Source: Thalassovita sp.
Lineage (GTDB): Bacteria; Pseudomonadota; Alphaproteobacteria; Rhodobacterales; Rhodobacteraceae
DNA: 64,000 nt
Assembly (NCBI RefSeq): GCF_963691685.1
Contig: NZ_OY829290.1
Location: 721,307-785,306, forward strand
Direction: 5' to 3'
Part shown: positions 21,586-31,427 of the stretch, in pieces
How the letters are laid out: each line of letters begins with the position of its first letter
How positions within the stretch are numbered: the first letter of the stretch is position 1
Notes under the pieces: model-generated
Told to the model about the DNA's origin: nothing
The model's database searches: none
The model's input: only the letters and a program-made list of their open reading frames with translations
Position numbers and translations under genes: made by a program

Positions 21586-22191
21586 ATGGCGTTCACCATC
21601 GCAATCGACGGGCCTGCGGCGGCCGGCAAAGGCACGTTATCCAAGGCCGTTGCGGCGCATTTTGGTTATGCGCATTTGGACACGGGTCTGCTTTATCGTG
21701 CGGTAGGGGCCCGGACGTTGCAGGGCGCGGAACCGATCGCTGCAGCCCAGGCTTTGCAGGCCGAAGATCTGGCGGCAGACAATCTGCGCACCCCGGATGT
21801 GGCACAAGCCGCCAGCAAAGTTGCGGTGATCCCAGAGGTGCGGGCCGCTTTGGTGGCCTTTCAACAGGCGTTTGCGCGGCGCGACGGTGGCGCCGTTCTG
21901 GATGGGCGCGACATTGGAACGGTCATTTGCCCGGATGCGGAGGTGAAGCTGTTCGTCACCGCCAGCGCCGAGGTGCGCGCAACGCGCCGCCACAAGGAAC
22001 TGGCTGAAAAGGGCGGTACGCAGAGTTATGAGACGGTCCTGCAGGATGTGATCGAGCGTGACAAACGTGACAGCGAACGTGCAACAGCGCCCCTGAAGCC
22101 GGCTGAGGATGCTGTGCAGATCGATACCTCTGATCTGTCGATCGAGGCCGCTATTGCCGCCGCTATTGCAGCGATTGAGGCGCGCCGGTAA
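21586..22191 (+). CDS. cmk: cytidylate kinase Cmk
   Basis: Internal start [17 protein letters not shown] (P-loop); the track ORF 21049-22191 carries a spurious N-terminal extension. Confidence 0.9.
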   Translation: MAFTIAIDGPAAAGKGTLSKAVAAHFGYAHLDTGLLYRAVGARTLQGAEPIAAAQALQAEDLAADNLRTPDVAQAASKVAVIPEVRAALVAFQQAFARRDGGAVLDGRDIGTVICPDAEVKLFVTASAEVRATRRHKELAEKGGTQSYETVLQDVIERDKRDSERATAPLKPAEDAVQIDTSDLSIEAAIAAAIAAIEARR

Positions 22192-22335
22192 ACCCCGCGC
22201 AGAACTGTAACGCAGCGAAACACCTCTCCGTCGGTATAGCGCATTGGGGGAACCCTTGTGCTGTGACGCGGAAAGCCTAGATAGCCAATTCCGAATGACT
22301 CCTCCCTGTTTGGGCTTTTGAAAGACGAGACTGAA

Positions 22336-22965
22336 ATGCTGAACGACAAGTTGAACTGGCGCTATGCCACCAAGAAGATGGACCCTTCGAAAGCCGTTTC
22401 TGATGAGAAGCTGGAAGCGATCCTGAAGGCGATCGAGCTAACCCCCACCTCAAGCGGTCTGCAGCCCTATGAGGTTCTGGTCGTGACCAATCCCGATGTG
22501 CGCGCCAAGATCAAAGAAGTGGCCTGGAACCAGGAACAGATCGTCGATGGGTCACACCTGTTGGTGTTCGCCGCCTGGGACAACTACACCGAAGCCCGCG
22601 TTGACAGTGTTACCGATCAGATGGCCGAAGAACGCGGTGGCCGCAGCGAAACGCTGGACGCTTATTATACCAACCTCAAAAACATGTACCTGCCGCGCGA
22701 CGCGGATGTGAATTTTGAACACGCCGCCCGCCAGGCCTATATTGCCTTGGGCTTTGCTCTGGCCGCTGCCGCGGTGGAAGAGGTCGACAGCACCCCGATG
22801 GAAGGGTTCGATCCTGCTGCCGTGGATGAAATCCTGGGCCTGAAAGAACGTGGCTTGCGTTCGGTGCTGCTGCTGCCGCTGGGCTATCGCGCTGAGGAAG
22901 GTGACTGGCTGGTCAATATGAAGAAGGTCCGACGCCCGCGCGACAAATTCATCACCACCATCTGA
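22336..22965 (+). CDS. nitroreductase-family protein
   Basis: NWRYATKKMD nitroreductase N-terminus; ~210 aa. Confidence 0.75.
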   Translation: MLNDKLNWRYATKKMDPSKAVSDEKLEAILKAIELTPTSSGLQPYEVLVVTNPDVRAKIKEVAWNQEQIVDGSHLLVFAAWDNYTEARVDSVTDQMAEERGGRSETLDAYYTNLKNMYLPRDADVNFEHAARQAYIALGFALAAAAVEEVDSTPMEGFDPAAVDEILGLKERGLRSVLLLPLGYRAEEGDWLVNMKKVRRPRDKFITTI

Positions 22966-23000
22966 TTGCGATCACATCGTGATCTAAGCGGGGCCTGTCA

Positions 23001-23432
23001 TCAGGTCCCGTTTTTTGTTTGCTGCATCCAGATATAGGTCGGGCCGATTGAGGTTTCGGTGCTGTACTTCTGGAAGGGGTCGCCCTGTTGAGTAAAGCCG
23101 TGGCGTTCATAAAACGCTATGGCGCCGCTCCGCGCATGCAGCCTGATGGGTTTGCCCATCCCATCCGCGCGGTACATAGCGGACCGCATCAGGGCAGTGC
23201 CGTGACCTTGGCCCTGATAGCGCGACAATGTCGCGAATTTGCGCAGCTGAATGAATGCGCCTTCGTCAAAAAGGCTTAATGCTGACACCAGCTGGTTGTT
23301 AACAAAACCACCCAGGTGCACCGCCTGATCATCGCCCTCGACGCGGCAAAACTCGGCTGGTTTGTCTGGCCAGAGGACCTGGTGGCGGATCCAAAGCGCC
23401 TCATCAGCGGAGATGTCGCGGATGTCTGTCAT
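23001..23432 (-). CDS. GNAT-family N-acetyltransferase
   Basis: RKFATLSRYQGQGHGTALMRSAM acetyl-CoA binding motif (Q/RxxGxG/A). Confidence 0.75.
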   Translation of the reverse strand: MTDIRDISADEALWIRHQVLWPDKPAEFCRVEGDDQAVHLGGFVNNQLVSALSLFDEGAFIQLRKFATLSRYQGQGHGTALMRSAMYRADGMGKPIRLHARSGAIAFYERHGFTQQGDPFQKYSTETSIGPTYIWMQQTKNGT

Positions 23433-23446
23433 CTGGCGATGGGCCT

Positions 23447-24298
23447 TTACGACTCTGCTTGGTCTTTGCCACCTTGCGCATCTGCCGCGGACGCACGGTC
23501 CGCCTTGTCCCAGATTTCAGCGACCCATTTGGCCGGGTAGAGGAACTGGCGCATCGATTTAATCGGCCGCTTGAAGCCAAGTGCCCGTTTGATGTGGGCC
23601 AGTGGCGGCAGGTGAGGTCGTGATGGCAGATATTGGCCTAGGGCCGCATCAGGCGGGTTCAAGGCGCCGGCAAAGATCACCACCCGGCAATTCTTTGGAA
23701 TCTTCGGTGGGGTGAAGAAGTTCAACGGGAAGCGCGGAATGCACTGAATGCGGAAATGCTGCACCCAATCCTTCGGCCAGAACTTCACCCCGTTGGGGGC
23801 GTTCTTAGTGACGAAGTGCTGCTCAAAGCGATATTTGTCCGCAACAGCCTGTGGATCTGCGGCAAACAGCGCTTGCAGCGGGGCCAGCGCGCCAACCGGC
23901 ATCCGGTAGATTGAGGTCTGGCCAAGGCGATGCAATGGTTTGGCCGCATTGAGGGCAACCACCACATCCTCTTCCGCGCCGTACTCAAAAAACGGATCCA
24001 GTGAACCGGTAATCACCACATCCAGATCGATAAACAGAAAAGGGCCATCCAGATCACCCAGTTCCGGTGCCCAGAGGCGCGACTTGGCCCATTGTCCCAG
24101 CGTGTTCTGGGGCATGAACCCCGGCATTTCAGGCAAGTCGAAGCAGTCAATCTCAGGCAGGAACCCGTCGCGATTGTCGGTGAAACAGACAAAGCGGAAC
24201 GGCGGCGTGATATTGGCTTTCACCATCTCGTACAGACGGTTCACGTAAGGGGCGCCGTATTTTGTACCCCAGTTAATGCAGACAACTTGCTTTTTCAT
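23447..24298 (-). CDS. conserved hypothetical protein, possible nucleotide-sugar transferase fold
   Basis: 283-aa ORF; CINWGTKYGAPYVNRLY N-terminus and DxD-like FIDLDVVI segment suggest a glycosyltransferase-like fold (weak). Confidence 0.45.
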   Translation of the reverse strand: MKKQVVCINWGTKYGAPYVNRLYEMVKANITPPFRFVCFTDNRDGFLPEIDCFDLPEMPGFMPQNTLGQWAKSRLWAPELGDLDGPFLFIDLDVVITGSLDPFFEYGAEEDVVVALNAAKPLHRLGQTSIYRMPVGALAPLQALFAADPQAVADKYRFEQHFVTKNAPNGVKFWPKDWVQHFRIQCIPRFPLNFFTPPKIPKNCRVVIFAGALNPPDAALGQYLPSRPHLPPLAHIKRALGFKRPIKSMRQFLYPAKWVAEIWDKADRASAADAQGGKDQAES

Positions 24299-24608
24299 GC
24301 GGTTTGGCTAGCAGCCAGTTTACGGTGCCGCAAGGGGGATCTCAGCCAACTGCCGCGCAGCAACGTCGATGGAGTCAATTTCCCTTGCTATATTGGCCAG
24401 AACGACCTATACGCGCGTCAGTCTTACGGCCGTCAAGAGTCGCGGACAGGGTGAGCAGGGTTTGTGGGTGACCTCAGACCCTTCTTCTTTTGTTTGTGTC
24501 CAATCTTGTTCCGGGCTTTTTCCAAGCGGCGGGGGACGAAATGAAACCAAGACCTGCGGAGACAACCGTTGGCCAGTTAAATCGACTTGTAAAGGATTGA
24601 TACGCCAG

Positions 24609-26288
24609 ATGGCTATGACCTCGATGGAAGAGTTTGAAGCACTCTTGAACGAAAGCTTCGAAATGGACACCCCGACTGAGGGTTCCGTTGTTAAAGGCAA
24701 GGTAATCGCAATTGAAGCGGGCCAGGCCATTATCGACGTTGGCTACAAGATGGAAGGCCGCGTTGAGCTGAAAGAATTCGCAAACCCCGGTGAAGCTCCT
24801 GAAATCGCTGTTGGCGACGAAGTAGAAGTTTACCTGCGCGCGGCTGAAAACGCCCGTGGCGAAGCCGTAATCTCGCGTGAGATGGCCCGCCGCGAAGAAG
24901 CATGGGATCGCCTGGAAAAAGCATACGCAGACGAGCAGCGCGTCGACGGCGCGATCTTCGGCCGCGTCAAAGGCGGCTTCACCGTCGATCTGGGCGGTGC
25001 TGTTGCATTCCTGCCCGGTTCGCAGGTTGACGTACGTCCCGTACGTGACGCTGGCCCGCTGATGGGTCTGAAGCAGCCGTTCCAGATCCTGAAAATGGAC
25101 CGTCGTCGTGGCAACATCGTTGTATCGCGTCGCGCCATTCTGGAAGAGTCGCGTGCCGAACAGCGTGCCGAGGTTATCGGTAAACTGGCCGAAGGCGACG
25201 CGGTTGAAGGTGTTGTTAAGAACATCACCGAATACGGTGCATTCGTTGACCTGGGCGGCGTAGACGGCCTGCTGCACGTCACCGACATGGCATGGCGCCG
25301 TGTGAACCACCCGTCCGAGATCCTGTCGATCGGTGAAACCGTTAAGGTTCAGGTCATCAAGATCAACAAAGACACCCACCGCATCAGCCTGGGCATGAAA
25401 CAGCTGCAGGAAGATCCGTGGGATCTGGTTGCTGCCAAGTACCCGCTGGAATCGGTACACAAAGGTCGCGTTACCAACATCACCGACTACGGTGCATTTG
25501 TTGAGCTGGAGCCCGGTGTTGAAGGTCTGGTTCACGTGTCCGAAATGTCCTGGACCAAAAAAAACGTACACCCCGGCAAGATCGTTTCGACCTCGCAGGA
25601 AGTGGACGTCATGGTTCTGGAAATCGACGCCGGCAAGCGCCGCGTGTCGCTGGGCCTCAAGCAGACCATGCGCAACCCGTGGGAAGTTTTCTCGGAAACT
25701 CACCCCGAGGGCACTCAGGTCGAAGGCGAAGTCAAGAACATCACCGAATTCGGTCTGTTCATCGGCCTGCCCGGCGAAATCGACGGCATGGTTCACCTCT
25801 CCGACCTGTCCTGGGACGAGCGTGGCGAAGACGCGATTCAGAACTACCGCAAAGGCGACATGGTTTCGGCCGTTGTCTCCGAAGTGGACGTCGAGAAAGA
25901 GCGTATCTCGCTGTCGATCAAAGCCCTGGGCGGCGACAAGTTCGCTGAAGCAACCGGCGGCGTGAAGCGCGGCTCGATCGTAACCGTTGAGGTTACCGCG
26001 ATCGAAGACGGTGGTATCGAAGTCGAATATGAAGGCATGAAGTCCTTCATCCGTCGTTCGGACCTGTCGCGTGATCGTGCTGAGCAGCGCCCTGAGCGTT
26101 TCTCGGTTGGTGACAAGGTTGACGTCCGCGTGACCAACGTTGACAGCAAGACCCGTCGTCTGGGCCTGTCGATCAAAGCACGTGAGATCGCCGAAGAGAA
26201 AGAAGCCGTAGAACAGTACGGTTCCTCGGACTCCGGCGCATCGCTGGGCGACATCCTCGGCGCAGCGCTGAAAGGCGGCGACGAGTAA
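24609..26288 (+). CDS. rpsA: 30S ribosomal protein S1
   Basis: Six S1 repeats; start at MAMTSMEEFEALL (the track ORF is extended upstream). Confidence 0.9.
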   Translation: MAMTSMEEFEALLNESFEMDTPTEGSVVKGKVIAIEAGQAIIDVGYKMEGRVELKEFANPGEAPEIAVGDEVEVYLRAAENARGEAVISREMARREEAWDRLEKAYADEQRVDGAIFGRVKGGFTVDLGGAVAFLPGSQVDVRPVRDAGPLMGLKQPFQILKMDRRRGNIVVSRRAILEESRAEQRAEVIGKLAEGDAVEGVVKNITEYGAFVDLGGVDGLLHVTDMAWRRVNHPSEILSIGETVKVQVIKINKDTHRISLGMKQLQEDPWDLVAAKYPLESVHKGRVTNITDYGAFVELEPGVEGLVHVSEMSWTKKNVHPGKIVSTSQEVDVMVLEIDAGKRRVSLGLKQTMRNPWEVFSETHPEGTQVEGEVKNITEFGLFIGLPGEIDGMVHLSDLSWDERGEDAIQNYRKGDMVSAVVSEVDVEKERISLSIKALGGDKFAEATGGVKRGSIVTVEVTAIEDGGIEVEYEGMKSFIRRSDLSRDRAEQRPERFSVGDKVDVRVTNVDSKTRRLGLSIKAREIAEEKEAVEQYGSSDSGASLGDILGAALKGGDE

Positions 26289-26323
26289 GATCTTTCGCCG
26301 CTTAGGCGAGATTAAATCCGGGA

Positions 26324-26357
26324 AACCCCGCGGTCTGGAAGGACCGCGGGGTTTTTC
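26324..26357 (+). terminator. rho-independent terminator after rpsA
   Basis: aaccccgcggtc-tggaa-ggaccgcggggtttttc. Confidence 0.7.
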
Positions 26358-26627
26358 TATCCACGGGCTTTGACAGAATCATCTGATAGGTGAGTGGAAA
26401 GCGATGCCGAATCAATGACTTCAACGAGGCCATGCCGCAGGCGCAATACAGCCTCGCGGTGACTTCCGGCCCCGGATGGTAGCCCAATTTCACCTGATGG
26501 TTGAGTAATTGTCGCGGAAACTTGCCATTTGCCGCAAAGGCAGGTTTCCGTAGCCCTTGTTTCTTTCTATAGTTCAACTAATTGCGCTGATATTGGCCAA
26601 AGCATTTTGCCGGGGGAGTATTTGCCG

Positions 26628-26909
26628 ATGATCCGATCGGAACTGATTCAGAAGATCGCTGACGAGAACCCACACTTGTTCCAACGTGATGTTGAGAAGA
26701 TCGTAAATACGATCTTTGATGAGATTACCGGCGCGATGTCGCGCGGTGACCGAGTTGAGCTGCGTGGTTTCGGCGCGTTTTCGGTAAAGAAGCGGGATGC
26801 TAGGGTTGGCCGCAACCCGCGCACCGGGGAATCGGTAGAAGTTGAAGAGAAGCACGTGCCTTTCTTCAAGACCGGCAAACTGCTGCGCGACCGACTGAAC
26901 GGAAAGTAA
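26628..26909 (+). CDS. ihfB: integration host factor beta subunit
   Basis: [17 protein letters not shown] ... [18 protein letters not shown]; 93 aa. Confidence 0.9.
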   Translation: MIRSELIQKIADENPHLFQRDVEKIVNTIFDEITGAMSRGDRVELRGFGAFSVKKRDARVGRNPRTGESVEVEEKHVPFFKTGKLLRDRLNGK

Positions 26910-26916
26910 ATCGCTC

Positions 26917-27273
26917 ATGCGCTACATTCGCTATGTATTTCTCGGCTCTCTGGGGCTTCTTTTGGTGTCGGTGGCCTTTGCCAACCGCGATGCGGTGACG
27001 CTGTCGCTGCTGCCGGATGCCTTTGCCAATGTGATTGGCCTCAACTACACGATTGAGATGCCGCTCTTTTTGGTGATCCTTGGTGCGATCATCGCGGGTC
27101 TGCTGATCGGTTTTGTCTGGGAATGGCTGCGCGAATACAAACATCGGGCAGAAGCGGCACGCAAAGCACAGGAAGTGCAGGATCTGAGCCGCCAGCTGAA
27201 ACGTGAAAAGCGGCGCGCCGACACTGCGGAACAGAAGGACGAGGTGCTCGCCCTTCTGGATGAAGCGTCCTGA
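26917..27273 (+). CDS. LapA-domain (DUF1049) inner-membrane protein
   Basis: N-terminal TM plus coiled-coil; conserved position between ihfB and trpF. Confidence 0.6.
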   Translation: MRYIRYVFLGSLGLLLVSVAFANRDAVTLSLLPDAFANVIGLNYTIEMPLFLVILGAIIAGLLIGFVWEWLREYKHRAEAARKAQEVQDLSRQLKREKRRADTAEQKDEVLALLDEAS

Positions 27274-27277
27274 TCCG

Positions 27278-27922
27278 ATGCCAGCTGACAGTAAGGTAAA
27301 GATCTGCGGTCTGCGGGATCCTGATCACGTCGAATTGGCGGGGTTTCTGGGCGCGGCCTACGTGGGCTTCGTGTTTTTCCCAAAATCGCCCCGCGCCGTC
27401 ACCGTGGCTGAGGCGCGTGAATTGGCTTGGGCTGCCCCTGTTGGGTTGGCCAAGGTGGCCCTGGTGGTCAACGCCGATGACACGCTGCTGGACCAGATCA
27501 ACGACAACGTCGCCATCGACATGTGGCAGTTGCACGGATCGGAAAGCCCCGAACGGGTGGCTGAGGTCAAGGCGCGCTACGGCCTGCCCGTCATGAAGGC
27601 GATCGGCATCGCGACGGAGGCAGATGTTGCCCAGATCGACAGCTATGCAAAGGTCGCTGACCAATTGCTGATTGATGCCAAAGCCCCGAAAGACGCTGTT
27701 TTGCCCGGTGGCAACGGCCTGTCCTTCGATTGGCAGTTGGTGAAGCGCAAATACTGGTCGCTGCCGTGGATGTTGGCCGGCGGGCTTAACCCTGAAAACG
27801 TCGGTCGGGCGCAAAACCTGACCGGGGCCCGTCAGGTTGATGTCAGCTCAGGTGTGGAAAGCGCCCCGGGCGTGAAAGATCCCGCTTTGATGGAGGCCTT
27901 TATCAAGGCCGCACTGGCATAG
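27278..27922 (+). CDS. trpF: phosphoribosylanthranilate isomerase TrpF
   Basis: [15 protein letters not shown]...; start at ATG 27278 just after the lapA stop. Confidence 0.85.
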   Translation: MPADSKVKICGLRDPDHVELAGFLGAAYVGFVFFPKSPRAVTVAEARELAWAAPVGLAKVALVVNADDTLLDQINDNVAIDMWQLHGSESPERVAEVKARYGLPVMKAIGIATEADVAQIDSYAKVADQLLIDAKAPKDAVLPGGNGLSFDWQLVKRKYWSLPWMLAGGLNPENVGRAQNLTGARQVDVSSGVESAPGVKDPALMEAFIKAALA

Positions 27923-27932
27923 GGGGCAGGTA

Positions 27933-28397
27933 ATGGGCGTTGTTTTCCGAGAAGCCAACCGTGATGAGGTTCCGGAAATCGTTGCTTTGCTGCGCGATGA
28001 CGTTTTGGGGCAGGGGCGCGAAGCGGCAACGCTGGATCCCTATTTCGCAGCCTTTGATCAGATGCAAGCTGAGGGCGGAAACCTGCTGTTTGTGGGCGTC
28101 GATGACAGCCGCGCCGAAGGCACGCGTGTGGTAGCAACCTATCAGCTGACGTTCATTTCGGGTCTGTCGTTGAAAGCGGCGCGGCGGGCGCAGATCGAAA
28201 GCGTGCGGGTGCACAGTGATCTGCGTGGCCAGGGCCTGGGCGAAGCGATGTTTGCGGACGCTGAGGACCGGGCGCGGGCGGCGGGCTGTGGCCTGCTGCA
28301 ACTGACCACAAATAAGGCGCGCAATGATGCGCAGCGCTTTTATGATCGACTTGGCTATGTTGACAGCCACGTCGGTTATAAAAAGACGCTGGATTGA
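27933..28397 (+). CDS. GNAT-family N-acetyltransferase
   Basis: RVHSDLRGQGLGEAMF motif. Confidence 0.75.
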   Translation: MGVVFREANRDEVPEIVALLRDDVLGQGREAATLDPYFAAFDQMQAEGGNLLFVGVDDSRAEGTRVVATYQLTFISGLSLKAARRAQIESVRVHSDLRGQGLGEAMFADAEDRARAAGCGLLQLTTNKARNDAQRFYDRLGYVDSHVGYKKTLD

Positions 28398-28649
28398 GCT
28401 TAGCGTTTCCATCAATCCCCTCTCGTTCAGATCTAAAACTGGTCCCAAAACACCCCGCAATTTCCCCAGAAACACCGATGAAACACCGATGGCTGCGGCG
28501 TCTTTGTCGCAGGGCTTGTCACGGCTTGGCTGTGCGTTATCTTCCCGATTTCAGCCCGCGGCCCTGATGCATGGAAAACAGGCTGGTAAAACCGTCCCCC
28601 GCGCCCTATGCACATGGGGATACAGACTTTCTGACCTGAGGAGCACCCG

Positions 28650-29903
28650 ATGGCCAACGACCTTTTCAACAGCTTTATGACCGGCCCCGACGACAAGGGC
28701 CGTTTCGGAGATTTCGGCGGACGTTTCGTGTCCGAGACGCTGATGCCGCTGATCCTTTCGCTGGAGGAGGAATACGAAAAGGCCAAGGACGATCCTGAGT
28801 TCTGGGATGAGATGAATTATCTCTGGCAGCACTATGTGGGCCGCCCCTCGCCGCTTTACTATGCTGAGGGCATGACGAAACGCCTTGGTGGCGCCAAGAT
28901 CTACCTGAAGCGGGATGAGCTGAACCACACTGGCGCGCACAAGGTGAACAACGTGTTGGGCCAGATCCTGCTGGCCCGCCGTATGGGCAAGACCCGGATC
29001 ATCGCCGAAACCGGCGCGGGGCAGCACGGTGTGGCAACCGCGACGGTTTGTGCCAAGTTTGGCCTGAAATGTGTGGTCTACATGGGCGCCCATGATGTGG
29101 CGCGTCAGAAACCCAACGTGTTCCGCATGAAACTGCTGGGGGCCGAGGTGATCGCCGTGGAATCCGGCCGTGGCACGCTGAAAGACGCGATGAACGATGC
29201 GCTGCGCGACTGGGTGACCAACGTGCATGATACCTTCTACTGCATCGGCACCGCCGCAGGGCCGCACCCCTATCCGGCGATGGTGCGCGATTTCCAGTCG
29301 ATCATCGGCAAAGAGGTGCGCTGGCAGCTGGCCGAGCAGGAAGGCGAAGGTCGACTGCCCGACACCGTGATTGCGGCCATTGGCGGCGGGTCCAACGCGA
29401 TTGGCCTGTTCCACCCGTTCCTGGATGACAAAGAGGTCAACATCATCGGTGTTGAGGCCGGTGGTAAAGGCGTCAACGACGATATGGAACATTGTGCCTC
29501 TCTGACCGGCGGCCGCCCCGGCGTGCTGCACGGCAACCGCACCTTCCTGTTGCAGGATGACGACGGCCAGATCCTGGACGGCTATTCGATCTCGGCCGGC
29601 CTCGACTACCCCGGCATCGGACCGGAACACAGCTGGCTGCATCAGATCGGCCGCGCCGAATATGTTTCGATCACCGATAAGGAAGCGCTGGAGGCGTTCC
29701 AGTTCTCTTGTGAGAGCGAAGGCATCATTCCTGCCCTTGAACCCTGTCATGCGCTTGCCCATGTGATGAAGATCGCGGGCGATCTGCCCAAGGACCATAT
29801 CATCGTGATGAACATGTGTGGCCGTGGCGATAAGGACATCTTCACCGTTGCGCGTCACCTTGGCGTTGACCTCTCGGGTCTTGAAGGGCGCGACAGCGAT
29901 TGA
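28650..29903 (+). CDS. trpB: tryptophan synthase beta chain TrpB
   Basis: [12 protein letters not shown]-lysine motif; GGGSNAIG; 417 aa. Confidence 0.9.
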   Translation: MANDLFNSFMTGPDDKGRFGDFGGRFVSETLMPLILSLEEEYEKAKDDPEFWDEMNYLWQHYVGRPSPLYYAEGMTKRLGGAKIYLKRDELNHTGAHKVNNVLGQILLARRMGKTRIIAETGAGQHGVATATVCAKFGLKCVVYMGAHDVARQKPNVFRMKLLGAEVIAVESGRGTLKDAMNDALRDWVTNVHDTFYCIGTAAGPHPYPAMVRDFQSIIGKEVRWQLAEQEGEGRLPDTVIAAIGGGSNAIGLFHPFLDDKEVNIIGVEAGGKGVNDDMEHCASLTGGRPGVLHGNRTFLLQDDDGQILDGYSISAGLDYPGIGPEHSWLHQIGRAEYVSITDKEALEAFQFSCESEGIIPALEPCHALAHVMKIAGDLPKDHIIVMNMCGRGDKDIFTVARHLGVDLSGLEGRDSD

Positions 29904-29921
29904 TCTGAGAAAGGGGCCGAC

Positions 29922-30587
29922 ATGGCACAGGCTACGGGACAGACGCTGCGGATCGATATTGTATCGGACGTGATGTGCCCCTGGTGCTTTGTCGGCTACC
30001 ACCAACTGCGTTTGGCGCAGGAACAGACCGGAATCCCGATTGAGGTGTTCTGGCATCCCTTTGAGCTGAACCCCCAGATGGCGCCCGAGGGCGAAGAGCT
30101 GCGGGAACATTTGATGGGGAAATACGGCATCACCGTCGAGCAAAGCATCGAAGCCCGCGCCCGATTGGAGGCGATCGGGGACGAGTTGAACGCTCCGATC
30201 CGCTTTACCGACGGAAAACGGATCTACAACACCTTCGCCCTGCATCGACTGCTGCATTGGGCCGCCGAAAGCGGTCAAGCCGGGGCGCTGAAACTGACCC
30301 TGTTTGAGGCCTACTTTACCGACAGCAAAGAGATGAACGATCCGCAGGCGATGGCCGATGTCGCCGCCGCACTGGGGTTGGACCGTGCCCGCGCGTTGGA
30401 GATCCTGACCGGCGATGACTACGCCGAAGAGGTCCGTGCGAAGCAGCAATTCTGGACTTCCAAGGGGATTTCGGGCGTGCCAGCGATGGTCTTTGAGCGC
30501 CAGCATCTGGTGACCGGCGCACAGGGCGTTGAGAATTACGCCAACATCCTGACGCAACTTGCGGCCGCACAGGCCGGCGCCGCCTGA
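29922..30587 (+). CDS. DsbA-family oxidoreductase (HCCA-isomerase/FrnE-like)
   Basis: SDVMCPWCFVGY thioredoxin-fold CxxC; follows trpB by 18 bp. Confidence 0.75.
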   Translation: MAQATGQTLRIDIVSDVMCPWCFVGYHQLRLAQEQTGIPIEVFWHPFELNPQMAPEGEELREHLMGKYGITVEQSIEARARLEAIGDELNAPIRFTDGKRIYNTFALHRLLHWAAESGQAGALKLTLFEAYFTDSKEMNDPQAMADVAAALGLDRARALEILTGDDYAEEVRAKQQFWTSKGISGVPAMVFERQHLVTGAQGVENYANILTQLAAAQAGAA

Positions 30588-30884
30588 GAAAACAGCCGTT
30601 CAATTTCCGGACATTTCTGACAATCCCGGCAGTGACATTCAGTCGTGCCGGTATTGCATGACCCAGTGGCGCGACGCATTGTTGCGTGCGGATACAATTT
30701 AGTGTCCCGACGGCAACGCTGAATTTCACGATAAAAGTGTGTGATTGCAGCGAATCCACCTCTCGCCTTACTTCTGCACTCCGATGTCGGGGGCCATCAT
30801 CCAAACGGTGCGTGCTGTACACACGTCCGGTGCGGTCGGCGCTGCCGTTCCCGTATGCCTGGAGGTTGCCCCAACAGCGGGACC

Positions 30885-30956
30885 GCGTGATTAGCTCAAT
30901 GGTAGAGCAACAGATTTAGATTCTGTGAGTTGCAGGTTCGAATCCTGCATCGTGCA
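30885..30956 (+). tRNA. tRNA-like gene, class I, anticodon read as UAG (atypical; identity unresolved)
   Basis: Hand-folded: acceptor GCGTGAT/ATCGTGC (two G-U pairs), D-arm GCTC-AATGGTA-GAGC, anticodon arm ACAGA-TTTAGAT-TCTGT, 5-nt variable loop, T-arm GCAGG-TTCGAAT-CCTGC. A UAG (Leu) anticodon in a short-variable-arm body is unusual. Confidence 0.55.
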
Positions 30957-31030
30957 CAAAATGTAGCTCATTCGGGTAGAGCACTTGACGTTTAATCAAG
31001 GGGTAGTGGGTTCGACTCCCACCATTTGAA
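30957..31030 (+). tRNA. tRNA-Lys(UUU)-like, probably a pseudogene (G33, unpaired acceptor end)
   Basis: D-arm GCTC-ATTCGGGTA-GAGC, anticodon arm CTTGA-CGTTTAA-TCAAG (G at 33), T-arm GTGGG-TTCGACT-CCCAC. The 5' CAAAATG pairs with only 5 of the 7 nt in 3' CATTTGA. Confidence 0.4.
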
Positions 31031-31427
31031 AAGCTGTTAAGTCAGCGCCGGCCTTCAACGCCGGACCGTTCTTTACGGTTCACATATCAGGGTCCGGGAC
31101 CGTCCCAGCGGGGTAGTTTGACCGGTAGATTGGCTGGTGAGGTTTCACTGCCAATTGGCATCCCGGCCCGCTCTGGTCTTGGCCGGAGCAGGACATGACG
31201 GTTCCGCCGCTTTGTGGTCCGCTGATCAGAGGTTTCTCTGACAGGCGCGCCGCGATGCTGCGCCCCTCTCGGTTCTGCTTTCGCCATTGGCTTTGGCGCG
31301 GGGCGTGTTCCGGACCTATCGCCCATCTTGGGCATAACACCTGCGGGTCATGCTGACCCCAACCCAATTCCAACCAAAGGAGATCGCTTTGCGAAGACGA
31401 TAGGACAATACGAAAAGGAGTTTAGGT

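Noticed and set aside
24474-25796. 440-aa minus-strand ORF
   Set aside because: Antisense to rpsA (six S1 domains on the plus strand); typical GC-rich antisense open frame.
28551-30557. 668-aa minus-strand ORF
   Set aside because: It is antisense to trpB and the DsbA-like gene. It is a high-GC shadow ORF with no recognisable motifs, whereas trpB on the plus strand has unmistakable PLP-enzyme motifs.
31080-31373. Minus-strand 97-aa and 82-aa ORFs, and a possible structured RNA (tmRNA/RNase P/SRP) in the GC-rich 400 bp after the tRNA-like genes
   Set aside because: The ORFs lack an SD and have odd Gly/Pro/Arg composition. I could not find conserved tmRNA (tRNA-like end CCACCA), SRP (GGUGCUGUUUACCAGG) or RNase P motifs by eye. 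The region is left unannotated, and cmscan would settle it.
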